64,000 nucleotides of DNA, taken from Eledone cirrhosa (lineage: Eukaryota). Numbering within the stretch: the stretch's first letter is position 1; each line of letters opens with the position of its first letter. The notes beneath the pieces were generated by a model. It ran no database searches. It was not told where the DNA came from and was given only the letters and a program-made list of their open reading frames with translations. A program made the position numbers and the translations under genes. The DNA lies in contig OZ024744.1 in assembly GCA_964016885.1 (NCBI GenBank), positions 21,328,001 to 21,392,000 of the forward strand. Reading direction: 5' to 3'. Positions 26,120 through 38,760 of the stretch are shown one piece after another.

Positions 26120-29100
26120 AGTATAGAACAGAATATATACACACAACACTATATAATATATACACAGCACTATATAATATATACACAGCACTATAGAATA
26201 TATACGCACAGCACTATATAATATATACACAGCACTATAGAATATATACACACAGAACTATATAATATATATACACAGCACTATATAATATATACACAGC
26301 ACTATAGAATATATACACACCACACTATAGAATATATATACACATCACTATAGAATATATACACACAGCACAATATAATATATATACACGGCACTATATA
26401 ATATATACACAGCACTATAGAATATATACACACAGCACTATAGTATATATATACACAACACTATAGAATATATACACACAGCACTATGAATATACACACC
26501 GCACTATAGAATATATATAAACAGCACTATAGAATATATACACACAGCACTATAGAAGATATACACACAGCACTATAGAATATATACACAGCACTATAGA
26601 ATATATACACACAGCACTATAAAATATATACACAGCACTATAGAATATATACACACATCACTATAGAATATATACACAGCACTATAGAAGATCTACACAC
26701 ATCACTATATAATATACACACAGCACTATAGAATATATACACACAGCACCATAGAATATATACACACAGCACTGTAGAATAATACACTGAGCACTATAGA
26801 ATATTTATACACAACACTATATAATATACGCAAAGCACTATATAATATATACACACAACACTATAGAATATATACACACAGCACTATAGAATATATACAA
26901 ATAACACTATATAATATATACACACAGCACTATATAATATACACACAGCACTATAGAATATATACACACAGCACTATAGAATATATACACACAGCACTAT
27001 AGAATATATATACACAGCACTATAGAATATATACACACAACACTATAGAATATATACACAACACTATAGAATATATACACACAGCACTATAGAATATATA
27101 CACACAGCACTATAGAATATATATACACAGCACTATAGAATATATACACACAACACTATATAATATACACACAGCACTATAGAATATATACACACAGCAC
27201 TATAGAATATATACACACAGCACTAAAGAATATATACACACATCACTATTGAATATATACACACAGCACTATAGAATATATACACAGCTCTATAGAATAT
27301 ATACACACAACACTATATACTATATACACAAAGCACTATTGAATATATACACACAGCACTATCGAATATATACACAGCACTATAGAATACATACACACAA
27401 AACAATATAATATATACACACAGCACTATTGAAAATATACACACAACACTATAGAATATATACAGAGCACTATAGAATATATACACACAGCACTATAGAA
27501 TATATACACACAACACTATAGAATATATACACAGAGCACTATAGAATATATACATACAGCACTATATAATATATACACACAACACTATATCATATATACA
27601 CACAGCACTATAGAATATATACACACAGCACTATAGAATATATACACACAACACTATAGAATATATAGACACAACACTATATAATATATACACACAGCAC
27701 AATAGAATATATACACACAATACTATATACTATATACACACAGCACTATAGAATATATACACACAACACTATAGAATATATAGACACACAACACTATATA
27801 ATATATACACACAGCACTATAGAATATATACACACAGCACTATAGAATATATAGACACGCAACGCTATATAATATATACACACAGCACTATAGAATATAT
27901 ACACACAGCACTATATAATATACACATCACTATATAAGATATACACACAGAACGATAGAATATATACACACAGCTCTATAGAATATATACACACAGCATT
28001 ATAGAATATATACACACAGCATTATAGAATATATACACACAACACTATAGAATATATACACAGCACTATAGAATATATACACACAGCACTACACATCACT
28101 ATAGAATATATACACACAGCATTATAGAATATATACACACAGCACTAGATAATATATACACACAGCACTATAGAATATATACACACAGCACTATAGAATA
28201 TATACACAGCACTATAGAATATTATCACACAACAATGTAGAATATATACACACAACACTATTGAATATATACACACAGCACTATAGAATATATACACACA
28301 GCACTATATAATATACACACAGCACTATAGAATATATACACACAGCACTATATAATATACACAGCACTATAGAATATATACACACATCACTATAGAATAT
28401 ATACACAGCACTATAGAATATATACACACACCACTATATAATATATACACACACCACTATATAATATATATACACAGCACTGTAGAATATATACACACAA
28501 TACTATAGAATATATATAATCACAGCACTATATAATATATACACACAGCACTGTAGAATAATACACTGAGCACTATAGAATTTTTACACACAACACTATA
28601 TAATATACACACAGCACTATATAATATATACACACAGCACTATAGAATATATACACACAGCACCATATAATATATACACACAGCACTATAGAATATATAT
28701 ACACAGCACTATATAATATATACACACAACACTATAGAATATATACACATAGCACTATAGAACATATATACACAACACTATAGAATATATACACACAACA
28801 CTATTGAATATATACACACAGCACTATATAATGTATACACACAACACTATAGAATATATACACAGCACTATAGAATATATACACACAGCACTATATAATA
28901 TATACACACTGCACTATAGAATATATACACGCAGCACTATAGAATATATATACACAACACTATATAATATACACACAGCACTATCGAATATATATACACA
29001 CCACTATAGAATATATACACACAGCAATATAGAATATATACACACAGCACTATATAATATATACACACAGCACTATAGAATATATACACGCAGCACTATA

Positions 29101-30040
29101 GAATATATATACACAACACTATATAATATACACACAGCACTATCGAATATATATACACAACACTATAGAATATATACACAACACTATAGAATATATACAC
29201 ACAACACTATAGAATATATACACAGCACTATAGAATATATACACACAGCACTATATAGTATATACACACAGCACTATAGAATATATACACGCAGCACTAT
29301 AGAATATATATACACAACACTATATAATATACACACAGCACTATCGAATATATATACACAACACTATAGAATATATACACACAGCAATATAGAATATATA
29401 CCCACTGCACTATAGAATATATACACACAACACTATAGAATATATAGACAGCACAATAGAGTATATACACAGAAATATAGAATATATACACACAGCACTA
29501 TAGAATATATACACACAGCACTATAGAATATATAGACAGCACTATATAATATACACACAGCACTATGGAATATATACACACAGCACTATAGAATATAAAG
29601 ACAACACTATATAATATATACACATCACTATAGAATATATACACGCAGCACTATAGAATATATACACATCACTATAGAATATATACACACAGCACTATAT
29701 AATACATACACAGCACTATAGAATATATACACACAGTACTATCGAATATATACACACAACACTATAGAATATATACACACAGTACTATAGAATATATACA
29801 CAGCACTATAGAATATATATACACTGCACTATACAATATATACAAGCAGCACTGTAAAATATATACACACAACACTATAGAATATATATACACAGCACTA
29901 TATAATATACACACAGCACTATATAATATATACACACAGCACTATAGAATATATGCACAACACTATATAATATATACACAGCACTATAGAATATACATAT
30001 ATACAGCACTGTGTCGAATATATACACACAACACTGTATT
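26120..30040 (+). repeat. Satellite array, unit (CA)2-3GCACTATAGAATATATA (21-23 bp)
   Basis: Direct tandem periodicity over about 3.9 kb. Local block duplications carry a CACGCAGC...CTATCGAA marker at about 28928, 29087 and 29288. Confidence 0.98.
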
Positions 30041-30044
30041 AAAA

Positions 30045-30048
30045 ATAA

Positions 30049-30105
<57 letters not shown>

Positions 30106-30708
30106 CGTGTGTGTATGTATGTGTGTGTGTCTACCGCACTGTATAGAACATACATATGTATACATCAGAGTATAGAACACACACACACACACTCTCACCC
30201 ACAAACCCTCAGATACACACGCACAAACCCTCAGAAACACACACACACACACACATACACACACACACACTCTCAGACACACACATACACACACACGCTC
30301 TCACACAGACACATACACACATACACACACATACACTCTCAGACACACACACACTCTCACATACACACTCACACAAACACACACTCACATACACACTATC
30401 AGACACACATACACACACACACACTCTCACCCACACACACACTCGCACACCCACACACAGACACTGACACACACACACACCCAGCATTATATGTAAGATA
30501 TATATAAACACACAGCACTGTCACAGAAGACGGAGCATGATCAAAGACTTTCACACAAGGTTATTACATGAATATAATTAATAGAGCCGTTGATATTTTA
30601 ATGGGAAAACCTTTAATTACTGTCATGTCATGTCTGTTAGAGAACACTGCATATGTATAAACCACACACACACATATATACCATATACATATGTATATAT
30701 GTATATAT

Positions 30709-30741
<33 letters not shown>

Positions 30742-30765
30742 GACCATATATATATATATATATAA

Positions 30766-30828
<63 letters not shown>

Positions 30829-30831
30829 TAC

Positions 30832-30888
<57 letters not shown>

Positions 30889-30891
30889 GTG

Positions 30892-30960
<69 letters not shown>

Positions 30961-30993
30961 AAATATATATATATATACAAACATATATAAAGA

Positions 30994-31054
<61 letters not shown>

Positions 31055-31080
31055 TATACACACACACATATATATATACA
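30045..31080. repeat. (TA)n and (CA)n microsatellite cluster
   Basis: Visible directly. Confidence 0.95.
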
Positions 31081-31139
31081 TAACGGCGATGAATTAGTTT
31101 TGCGAGGTTTTTGATATGAAATCGTGTGTCGAAACAAAT

Positions 31140-32086
31140 ATAGTTATACTTGGGGGGGGGGGGTCATATTTGTGTAATAATATTGCCAGAATTAATAACA
31201 GAACACACTCACTGTTTGGTTGGTTTTCGCTTCTGTGTCTTTTATATCGGTTAATTTAATTTATTCGGTCCTCAATGTTACCATTGACTGACCAGCGGTC
31301 AAAAATACAGATACAATATAGACACAAACACATATATATAGTCTATCAAAGTTCTTTCGTTGCACATCTGCAACATCGTCAGTGATCAGTGATGCTATTA
31401 TGTTTCCTCCCGTTGCATTGTATGCCTACGCCATCTTTATTTAGTGTGTTTATTTATTTATTTATTTGTTTATTTTTTGTCTTCTTTGCGCATGCGTTTG
31501 CGTGTGTGTATAGTGTTTTGTTTGCTGTGTGTTCGTGTTTGGGTGACTGTGTATTGGTTATTGTATTCTATCTTAGTTTACTAGTGTGTGTTTATATGTG
31601 ATTGTTGTTATTGTGCTTGTGTATGTATTTATTTATTTATACTTCTCTTAGATCAGTGTTGTTTGTTTGGGTGTTGTTGTTATTCCATTCATTATTTCTG
31701 TTTAGCCTTGGTCTTCTAATTTCTATTTCACTGGCCTCTCTGATTTGCCTATCTGCTGGGTCATTTCTATGTTTAGATATTATTCTAATTTCTATGTTGT
31801 CCATGTTACCGTCGTGTTGTTGTCTGGCGTGTTCGTTTAGTACTGAATCGTTTTTTCGTCCCTTTATTTCCCCCAGTGTTGGTCTATCCTTTCACCTATG
31901 CTACGAGCTGTCTCGCCTATGTATGTTGTTCTCATATTGGTCAGTCAATGGTAACATTGAGGACCGAATAAATTAAATTAACCGATATAAAAGACACAGA
32001 AGCGAAAACCAACCAAACAGCGAGTGTGTTCTGTTATTAATTCTGGCAATATTATTACACAAATATGACCCTCCCCAAGTATAACT
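31140..32086. mobile_element. Interspersed repeat with ~170-bp inverted arms (unclassified; MITE/foldback or PLE-like)
   Basis: 31140-31310 is the reverse complement of about 31925-32086. A second, diverged copy lies in reverse orientation at 55300-56342. Confidence 0.75.
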
Positions 32087-32096
32087 ATATATATAT

Positions 32097-32167
<71 letters not shown>

Positions 32168-32264
32168 CTAGATATATGGTCTATAAATCTGTACACATAT
32201 ATATATATATAAACCACGTACTCAAATCGCAGACATACATAGGATATAGATATAGAACACATAC

Positions 32265-32317
<53 letters not shown>

Positions 32318-32488
32318 GCTAGAAAGTGAACAACACAAAATATAACTACTCCATTACCAAATGTTTCAGGATCACAGACAATATTAACATACGACTGGAT
32401 CGCTCGTCAGACAGAAATGTTATTAAATAGCTCTGTTCTATACATAGAGCACTTCTTTTCCTTTGCTTTTACTTCGGAATTACCCAAT

Positions 32489-32527
<39 letters not shown>

Positions 32528-32860
32528 TAGATCATGGACAGGCGTCAATACGCACAGACACACACACACACACACATATATATATACACCTATATATATG
32601 TGTATATATATGTATGTATATATATACACACATATATATACATATATACATGTGTATATATATATATATACACATGTATATATGTCGTGTTGTTGTCTGG
32701 CGTGTTCGCCATAATATAGATATTATTATTAATATTTTGAAGTAATATTAATAACTCCAGAAAACCTCTACTGTAGAGTGTTTATAATCTATTGTGAAAC
32801 TTTATTCATTGGTGAATTCATTGAACCTTGTTAAACTTTTAATTATATAAGTATATATAT

Positions 32861-33833
32861 ATACAAATATATTACAGAGAGAGAAGTGTGTTACATAGTG
32901 AGATGTGTGTAAAGAATTATTACAAGTGAGTTTAACCGTTACTGTATGGAGAACAATATCTATATGTTAGCAATTAAATAGAAAAAAAACTAAGTCAGAA
33001 TCTAATCTCTGAAGTAGAATTTTAAATTACTAACCTTATAATTATAAGCTTGCTGATACGAATCTAGTTCGTTTCGCCACAGAAATGTGCAGTTTAACAG
33101 CCCACAGGTTCCTCTATTTAATTGCTAACCTGTAGATATTGTTCTCCATACAGTAACGGTTAAACTCACTTGTAATAATTCTTTACACACATCTCACTGT
33201 GTAAAACACTTCTCTCTGTGTAATATGTTTGTATTTGAGCTCAGAAGAAAATCCTCTGTTCTCCTTTGAGCTAATATTATTATTATTACTGTGAACTACG
33301 GAATACTCCTAATTCCGATCCTTGTATACTTAACGAGCTCCAAATTGTTGAGCTAATAAATTCGAATGGTTGGGCTGCTCTCTCTAGCATTTTCCCCCAA
33401 TCCATGAGAGCCGTTATTTGATGGAAATAAAACGTCATTTCGTCCTACTCTGAGCAGTGTGTATATTAGCTTTCTCTCTATCCATGGGGTTAGATGTGTC
33501 GTGAACAGAATCCACACTTGCTGACTGAGGAACCTGTGGGCTGTTAAACTGCACAGTTTTGTGGTGAAACGAACAGGATTCGTATCAGCAAACTTATAGT
33601 TATAAGGTTAGTAATTTAAAATTCTACTTCAGAGATTTGATTCTGACTTAGTTTTTTTCGATTTAATTGCTAACCTGCAGATATTGTTCTCCAAACAGTA
33701 ACGGTTAAACTCACTTGTAATAATTCTTTACACACACCTAACTGTGTAACACACTTCTCTCTCTGTAATATATTTATATTTGAGCTCAGAAGAAAATCCT
33801 CTATTCTTCTTTGAGCTAATATTATTATTATTA
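32861..33833 (+). mobile_element. Penelope-like element remnant: pLTR with partial tandem and inverted copies
   Basis: 32861-33114 is the reverse complement of 33527-33780. 33115-33289 is a direct copy of 33660-33833. Both direct copies end in GAGCTAAT(ATT)n, and a hammerhead lies inside. Confidence 0.8.
33518..33591 (+). ncRNA. Type I hammerhead ribozyme, intact core, predicted cleavage after GUA (33584)
   Basis: Stem I TTGCTGA/TCAGCAA (7 bp), core CTGAGGA (33525-31), stem II ACC...GGT, GAAA (33566-69), stem III CGAA-CAGGA-TTCG, then TA. Confidence 0.85.
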
Positions 33834-34030
33834 CGGTAGATTGGCAGTATCGGTAGAGGGTCGGACGCCATGCTTTCCAGATTGGTTACGTCCCTTTACG
33901 ATCTGAGTTCAAATCCCGCCGAGGTTAACTTTAACTTTCATCCTTACGGGGTCGATAAAATAAAGTACCAGTAATGCACTGTGTAATTGCTGACCTTGTG
34001 CCTAAATAAGAACAAATTATTATTATTACT
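33833..34030 (+). mobile_element. Full-length tRNA-derived SINE
   Basis: A-box TGGCAGTATCGGT, B-box GAGTTCAAATCC, core TTTCATCCTTACGGGGTCGATAAAATAAAGTACCAGT, and an (ATT)n tail. Confidence 0.92.
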
Positions 34031-34051
34031 GTGGATTATATATATATATAT

Positions 34052-34260
34052 ATAGGAGAAGGTATGACCCCGACGTCAGAGCTGAAGCCATTTCGACGGC
34101 TATTTCTGGACTAAAGCCTTTAGTCCAGAAATAGCCGTCGAAACGGCTTCAGCTCTGCCGTCGAGGTCATACTTTCTCCTATTACCCACTCTACTACGCT
34201 AAGTATTGAGTACTCTGGTGCGGTATGGTCCATCTGGTTCCTTACCACAATTCCTTCGTT
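34052..34260 (+). mobile_element. Penelope-like pLTR fragment with 5' foldback palindrome and hammerhead 3' half
   Basis: Palindrome 34052-34182 centred on 34117. GAAA-CGGC-loop-GCCG-TC at 34140-34162, followed by the shared downstream motif. Confidence 0.7.
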
Positions 34261-34454
34261 ATATATATATATATATATATATACATATACAGTATTTACG
34301 TATCGAGAGAGAGAAAAAAAAGGGGAGGATAGGTGATACATATAGTTATTTGCCAAGTAGCGTATGCCAAAGGTGCTCGATACCAGTGCCGGCAGAATTA
34401 AATATTCGAAGTGTTAATATTTAGTGGTCTAGAGAGTAAATATATATATGTATA

Positions 34455-34496
<42 letters not shown>

Positions 34497-34814
34497 CGTG
34501 AAACTAATGATTTGTAGTGCCTCTCTGTTTTTTTGTTCTCTGTTCATTTATTAAACTATATATATATATAATATATACATATACATGAATATATATAGTC
34601 ATGCGAGAATAGCCAAAATTGTACATATCATACATATGTGAACGCCCATATATCCTTAGAATATGTGTTTAATATATGTATATATATATGTATGTAACTA
34701 TGTATGTATATGTTTATATGTAAGTATATGTGTAATCTACACACACACACTCATCTCGACGCATCCCGCCCCTTATATATATACAGTATATATATATATA
34801 TATATAAGTTTGAT

Positions 34815-35505
34815 AACTATTGATAGGTTTCGGCCAGTATTGGCCCAGGCCATGTCTAACTTAATAGCACCACTAGGAAAAATCTTTCAATCAGAATTTG
34901 GACACCATGGCCCACTCGAGTAGAGAGTTGTTGTTTATGGAGACATATCTGGGTGTAGGAGGTTTATCCAGGATTTCTTGAAGTAATTTGTCCAAAGACT
35001 TCTTGAACTTGTTGGGGTCTGTTTCTGTTTTGATGTGTGTTGTAATGTTAAAGAGAGCGGGGCCAATCGAGGTGAAATAATTGTGCCGTATTGTTGTTAT
35101 GAGATGCGAGTGAGATTTTTGTCGTGGGAAGAGAGCACGGGGCCAAAGCCTTGGGTGTACATTAAAGGGGATGCCAACATCATTTGGGCAATGCTGATGG
35201 AATAGTTTCCACATCATGCAGATAATGTAGCGCTTGTGACGGCGTTGGAGAGAATAAAGTTTGGACTCTTCTAGTCGACTCCACTGGTCACGGCATGTCA
35301 TGTCATCTCTCTTTTTTGTGATTGACGTTTGAGGTGCTTCAACTTTCATGATACTTTCTTTCGTGTAGGGAGTCCACAGTGGACAACAGTATTCAAGCTG
35401 GCATCGGGCAAAGGTAGAGAAGAGAAGGAAAACAGTGTAGATATCTCTCGACTGGAATGTTCTGAGAAGCCAGGAACACATTCTGCGGGCCATATCGACT
35501 TTGTT

Positions 35506-35508
<3 letters not shown>
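34815..35508 (-). mobile_element. CR1-clade LINE 3' fragment
   Basis: Translation ARRMCSWLLRTFQSRD...FARCQLEYCCPLWTPY...LYSLQRRH...FKKSLDKLL matches the post-RT region of CR1/L2. The 3'UTR has the hairpin GGCCAATACTGGCC. Confidence 0.85.
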
Positions 35509-35559
<51 letters not shown>

Positions 35560-35745
35560 CCGAAGAGATTGTTTTGTCAAAAACAGGAGCTAGAAGGAGA
35601 AAGCTCTCAACAGTCGCAGTTTTTAGTTACGATGGAGATTTTTTTTTAAATAACAAAAAAAATGCTGGAGTTACATAAATCATTATAATTATTATTGACG
35701 TGGAAATAATTATAATTATTGAACGATGTATGTAACGACAGCATC

Positions 35746-35783
<38 letters not shown>

Positions 35784-35784
35784 T

Positions 35785-35950
35785 GGGTGCCAACTCGTTT
35801 TCGAGTACGGCCACTACTTTATATCCATGTAGGAGAACCCCTACCGATGCGTTGAACGAGTGTGACTTGAAAACTCTGGTACAAACACTACACTTGTGAC
35901 AATTATTGACACATAGTGCTGGGCCCATGGTACCATGTGATGACAAGTGT
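35785..35950 (-). mobile_element. Possible RTE-like LINE 3' end (C-terminal Cys motif)
   Basis: HKCSVCTRVFKSH in the minus frame followed by (TA)n; weak evidence. Confidence 0.3.
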
Positions 35951-36058
35951 AGAGAGATCTCCAGATATAAAGCAATGCCTGTGCCGTGAAGCTTTTATAG
36001 GGTTGCAGGTGTTATACCTAGAATTCTGCCTTGACAAAGGCTAAGGGGTCATCTCTCC

Positions 36059-36110
<52 letters not shown>

Positions 36111-36361
36111 TTTGTATATATATATATATATATATACAAACGTATCATTCTTGATCAGCTATATAACGGTAACACAATATTGGATCATAAATCTGATACG
36201 AGAATATGGAGTTCTAATTTTTTACTTGTGACGACATATATTACTAAACCATTGGTAACACCTGTGATACGAACCTGAATCTCTGGAACCGTCTGTTGAA
36301 TATATTTAACGAATAATTACACAGATGGGTAACAATGAGCTCTACGGGGATAATCATTACG

Positions 36362-36520
36362 AGCAGGCTTGGCTCAGTTGTTAAGGAGTTTCTTTCGCAT
36401 TATGGTGGTTTCCAGTCCAGTCACCATACACAGCACTTTCTTCAAGTTTCTCCTTCTATATCTTCATGTTAACCATTTGGTTGTAAGTGGAATTTGCTTA
36501 ACACAAGCTGCAGAAGCCAA
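36362..36520 (+). mobile_element. Old tRNA-derived SINE (second family)
   Basis: A-box-like TGGCTCAGTTGTTAAG, degenerate B-box, and a CAGTC-CAC...CTTCTATA...GTGGAATTTG...AGAAGCC body resembling Octopus SINEs from memory. Confidence 0.55.
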
Positions 36521-36586
36521 TTATATTTATGAAATCATATTTAACTAACATAAAAATGTACTATTTACGCTTAAGTTTATCATAAA

Positions 36587-36936
36587 CTAGCAGATTTACC
36601 CGGCGTTGCTCGGGGTTTGAAATGATGCTAAGAATATACAGCTAGGAAGTAAAAGAGGTCTCCATATCTCACTCTCTTTATAAGGATTGTGAATAAAGTT
36701 GGTTATCTCCCTTTTTTATAAGGATTGTCAATAAAGTTAGTTATCTCCCTTACATCAATTTTGCTACCGATAATGTTGATATCGATTTTTTATTGTTCAA
36801 CGTGGGTCGATTGGAAAGATTTAGCGACCTGTGCAACGTGCACAGAAAATTTGGTCAAATTCGGTTGTAATTGTAAAAGCCTTAGGTATCCAAAGTTGTA
36901 CACAGACACACATCCTCGCTTCTATATATATAAAGA
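36587..36936 (-). mobile_element. Non-autonomous Helitron
   Basis: On minus: A|TCTTTATATATATAG... hairpin CCCGAGCAACGCCGGG, 8 nt, CTAG|T. These are the canonical 5'-TC and 3'-CTAG ends in an AT target. Confidence 0.85.
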
Positions 36937-37112
36937 TATCTTCGCCAATGTATTATTTCACACACAGATGACATATGACTCTGGAGTTCTCTGTCTTTCG
37001 TTTGTAATTTTATATAAAAAAAATAGAACTTCGCTTTGCTTGTTGTTTTCGTTCGTTGTCTAGTCCTCTCTTTATTAATTTTCCTAAGTTTATATATATA
37101 TATAGATATATC

Positions 37113-37185
<73 letters not shown>

Positions 37186-37254
37186 TTCCTGTGTCAGTGT
37201 TGAACAAAAAGGTGACGACGGTTGCCTGAACACTGTACGGCGTAATTCGGGCTG

Positions 37255-37402
37255 TTTGTTTGTTTACAAACAAACCGAGCATTATAATAAATGTTCGGTA
37301 AACCCATACGTACATATATATATGTGTGCATGTATGTATGTATATATACATACTACTGTACGTCTGTATACATATATGTATGTACGTATACATACATACT
37401 TA
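37255..37402. repeat. Interspersed repeat shared with 63785-63925
   Basis: TGTTTGTTTACAAA..ACCGAGCAT.ATAATAAATGTTCGGT...CTACTGTACGTCTGTATAC is present at both sites. Confidence 0.85.
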
Positions 37403-37447
37403 CCAGCCGTACTAAGAGTGAGAAATGAAATTTCGTTTCATTCTTTT

Positions 37448-37493
<46 letters not shown>

Positions 37494-38021
37494 GTGTGAG
37501 TGTGTGTGTGTGTGTGCGTGTGTGTATGTGTGTATGTGTGTGTGTGTATGTGTGTGTGTGTGTGTGCGCGCGTGCGCGTGTGCGTGTGGTTGCAGTCGAA
37601 TGACTGTGATGTGATGAGTAAACGTAGAATAAAGAATATATTCATATAATACAGATCGATAGGTTTCTTGTTCTTGTACTGATGTCCTAATTAGGTTTAA
37701 GACCACACATTTACTATGTAATTGTCTGATGTCATCTGTGAATCGTGATTGGTCATTACTTTTGTCTGTTGGAGATTTTATCTATTGCTCTATGGCATCC
37801 GATATAGATAATGATTTATATAAAAGAGATCAATACTTTATTATCCCGATATGATCATCTTTATTATTTGATAGTTAGATGTATTATTGACTCTTTTCAG
37901 ATACAAATGACATGTTAATGGTAATACGTACTGCCACTTATGTCTATTAGGTTAATCCTTTCAGAAGTCTTGCTTGAAACTCATCTCTGCTATTCCTGAA
38001 CTGTTAATAAGAAACGGCCTA

Positions 38022-38760
38022 GACGCGTATCTCAGTGGTTATGCCACTGGGATCGCAATCGTAATCTTGTCAGCTAGATTCCCGTAACATGTGTAACGTT
38101 GTGTCATTGAGCAAGATACTTCATTTCACCTTACTCAAATCCATACACCGATGGACAATGAATATGGCGAGTCTGGTGCTAAGCTGTATGTACATTGACT
38201 TTTGACCTTGGACTATATCAGAGGTTCTCAAAATGGTCGCTGCTGCCCCATAGGGCGTTGAGAAAGACCAGGGGACGTTGGGGGCCTAAGGGGTTGGTAG
38301 AGATGATATAATAGTATGTTAAATATCATATGATACATATATATATATATATATATATTATATATACATTATATATACATATATATATATAAATATAGTA
38401 AAATAAAAAATATATATTTATTTATACATAGTATATATTATATTATTTATTATATATAAATTAATGATTTTATTTATTATATATTATTTACAATGTGTGT
38501 GTAGGGAGGTCTCTCTGGAAATAGGGGTGGGGGATCTGAGGGTATTACATGGCCGTGTGATGGGCGGTGGCCCCAAAAGTTTGAGAACCTCTGGACTAGA
38601 TTGACATCAAGGAGAGGAAAGACATTCATACATGAGTAGTTACGGGTCTTCCACAAAGCACCCTTCCTAGGCATGTGTCTTGGAGAGGCCTACCCATAGT
38701 CACTCAGCCAGTCATGGATGCATAACACATAACCAGACTTGACCGAATCGAACCATCGAA
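38022..38760 (+). mobile_element. Old tRNA-derived SINE (third family), interrupted by a hAT MITE
   Basis: CTCAGTGGTTA head and GTGTCATTGAGCAAGATACTTCATTTCAC domain. Colinear with 63440-63670 on both sides of the MITE. Confidence 0.65.
38219..38593. mobile_element. hAT-type MITE
   Basis: 14-bp TIR CAGAGGTTCTCAAA/TTTGAGAACCTCTG and 8-bp TSD GACTATAT/GACTAGAT (1 mismatch). Confidence 0.9.

Noticed and set aside
26120-30040. CACTATAGAATA resembling the SP6 promoter (vector contamination)
   Set aside because: It lacks the upstream ATTTAGGTGA and occurs as a diverged natural tandem array.
33833-33925. tRNA gene (A and B boxes)
   Set aside because: No cloverleaf; it is the tRNA-derived head of a multi-copy SINE.
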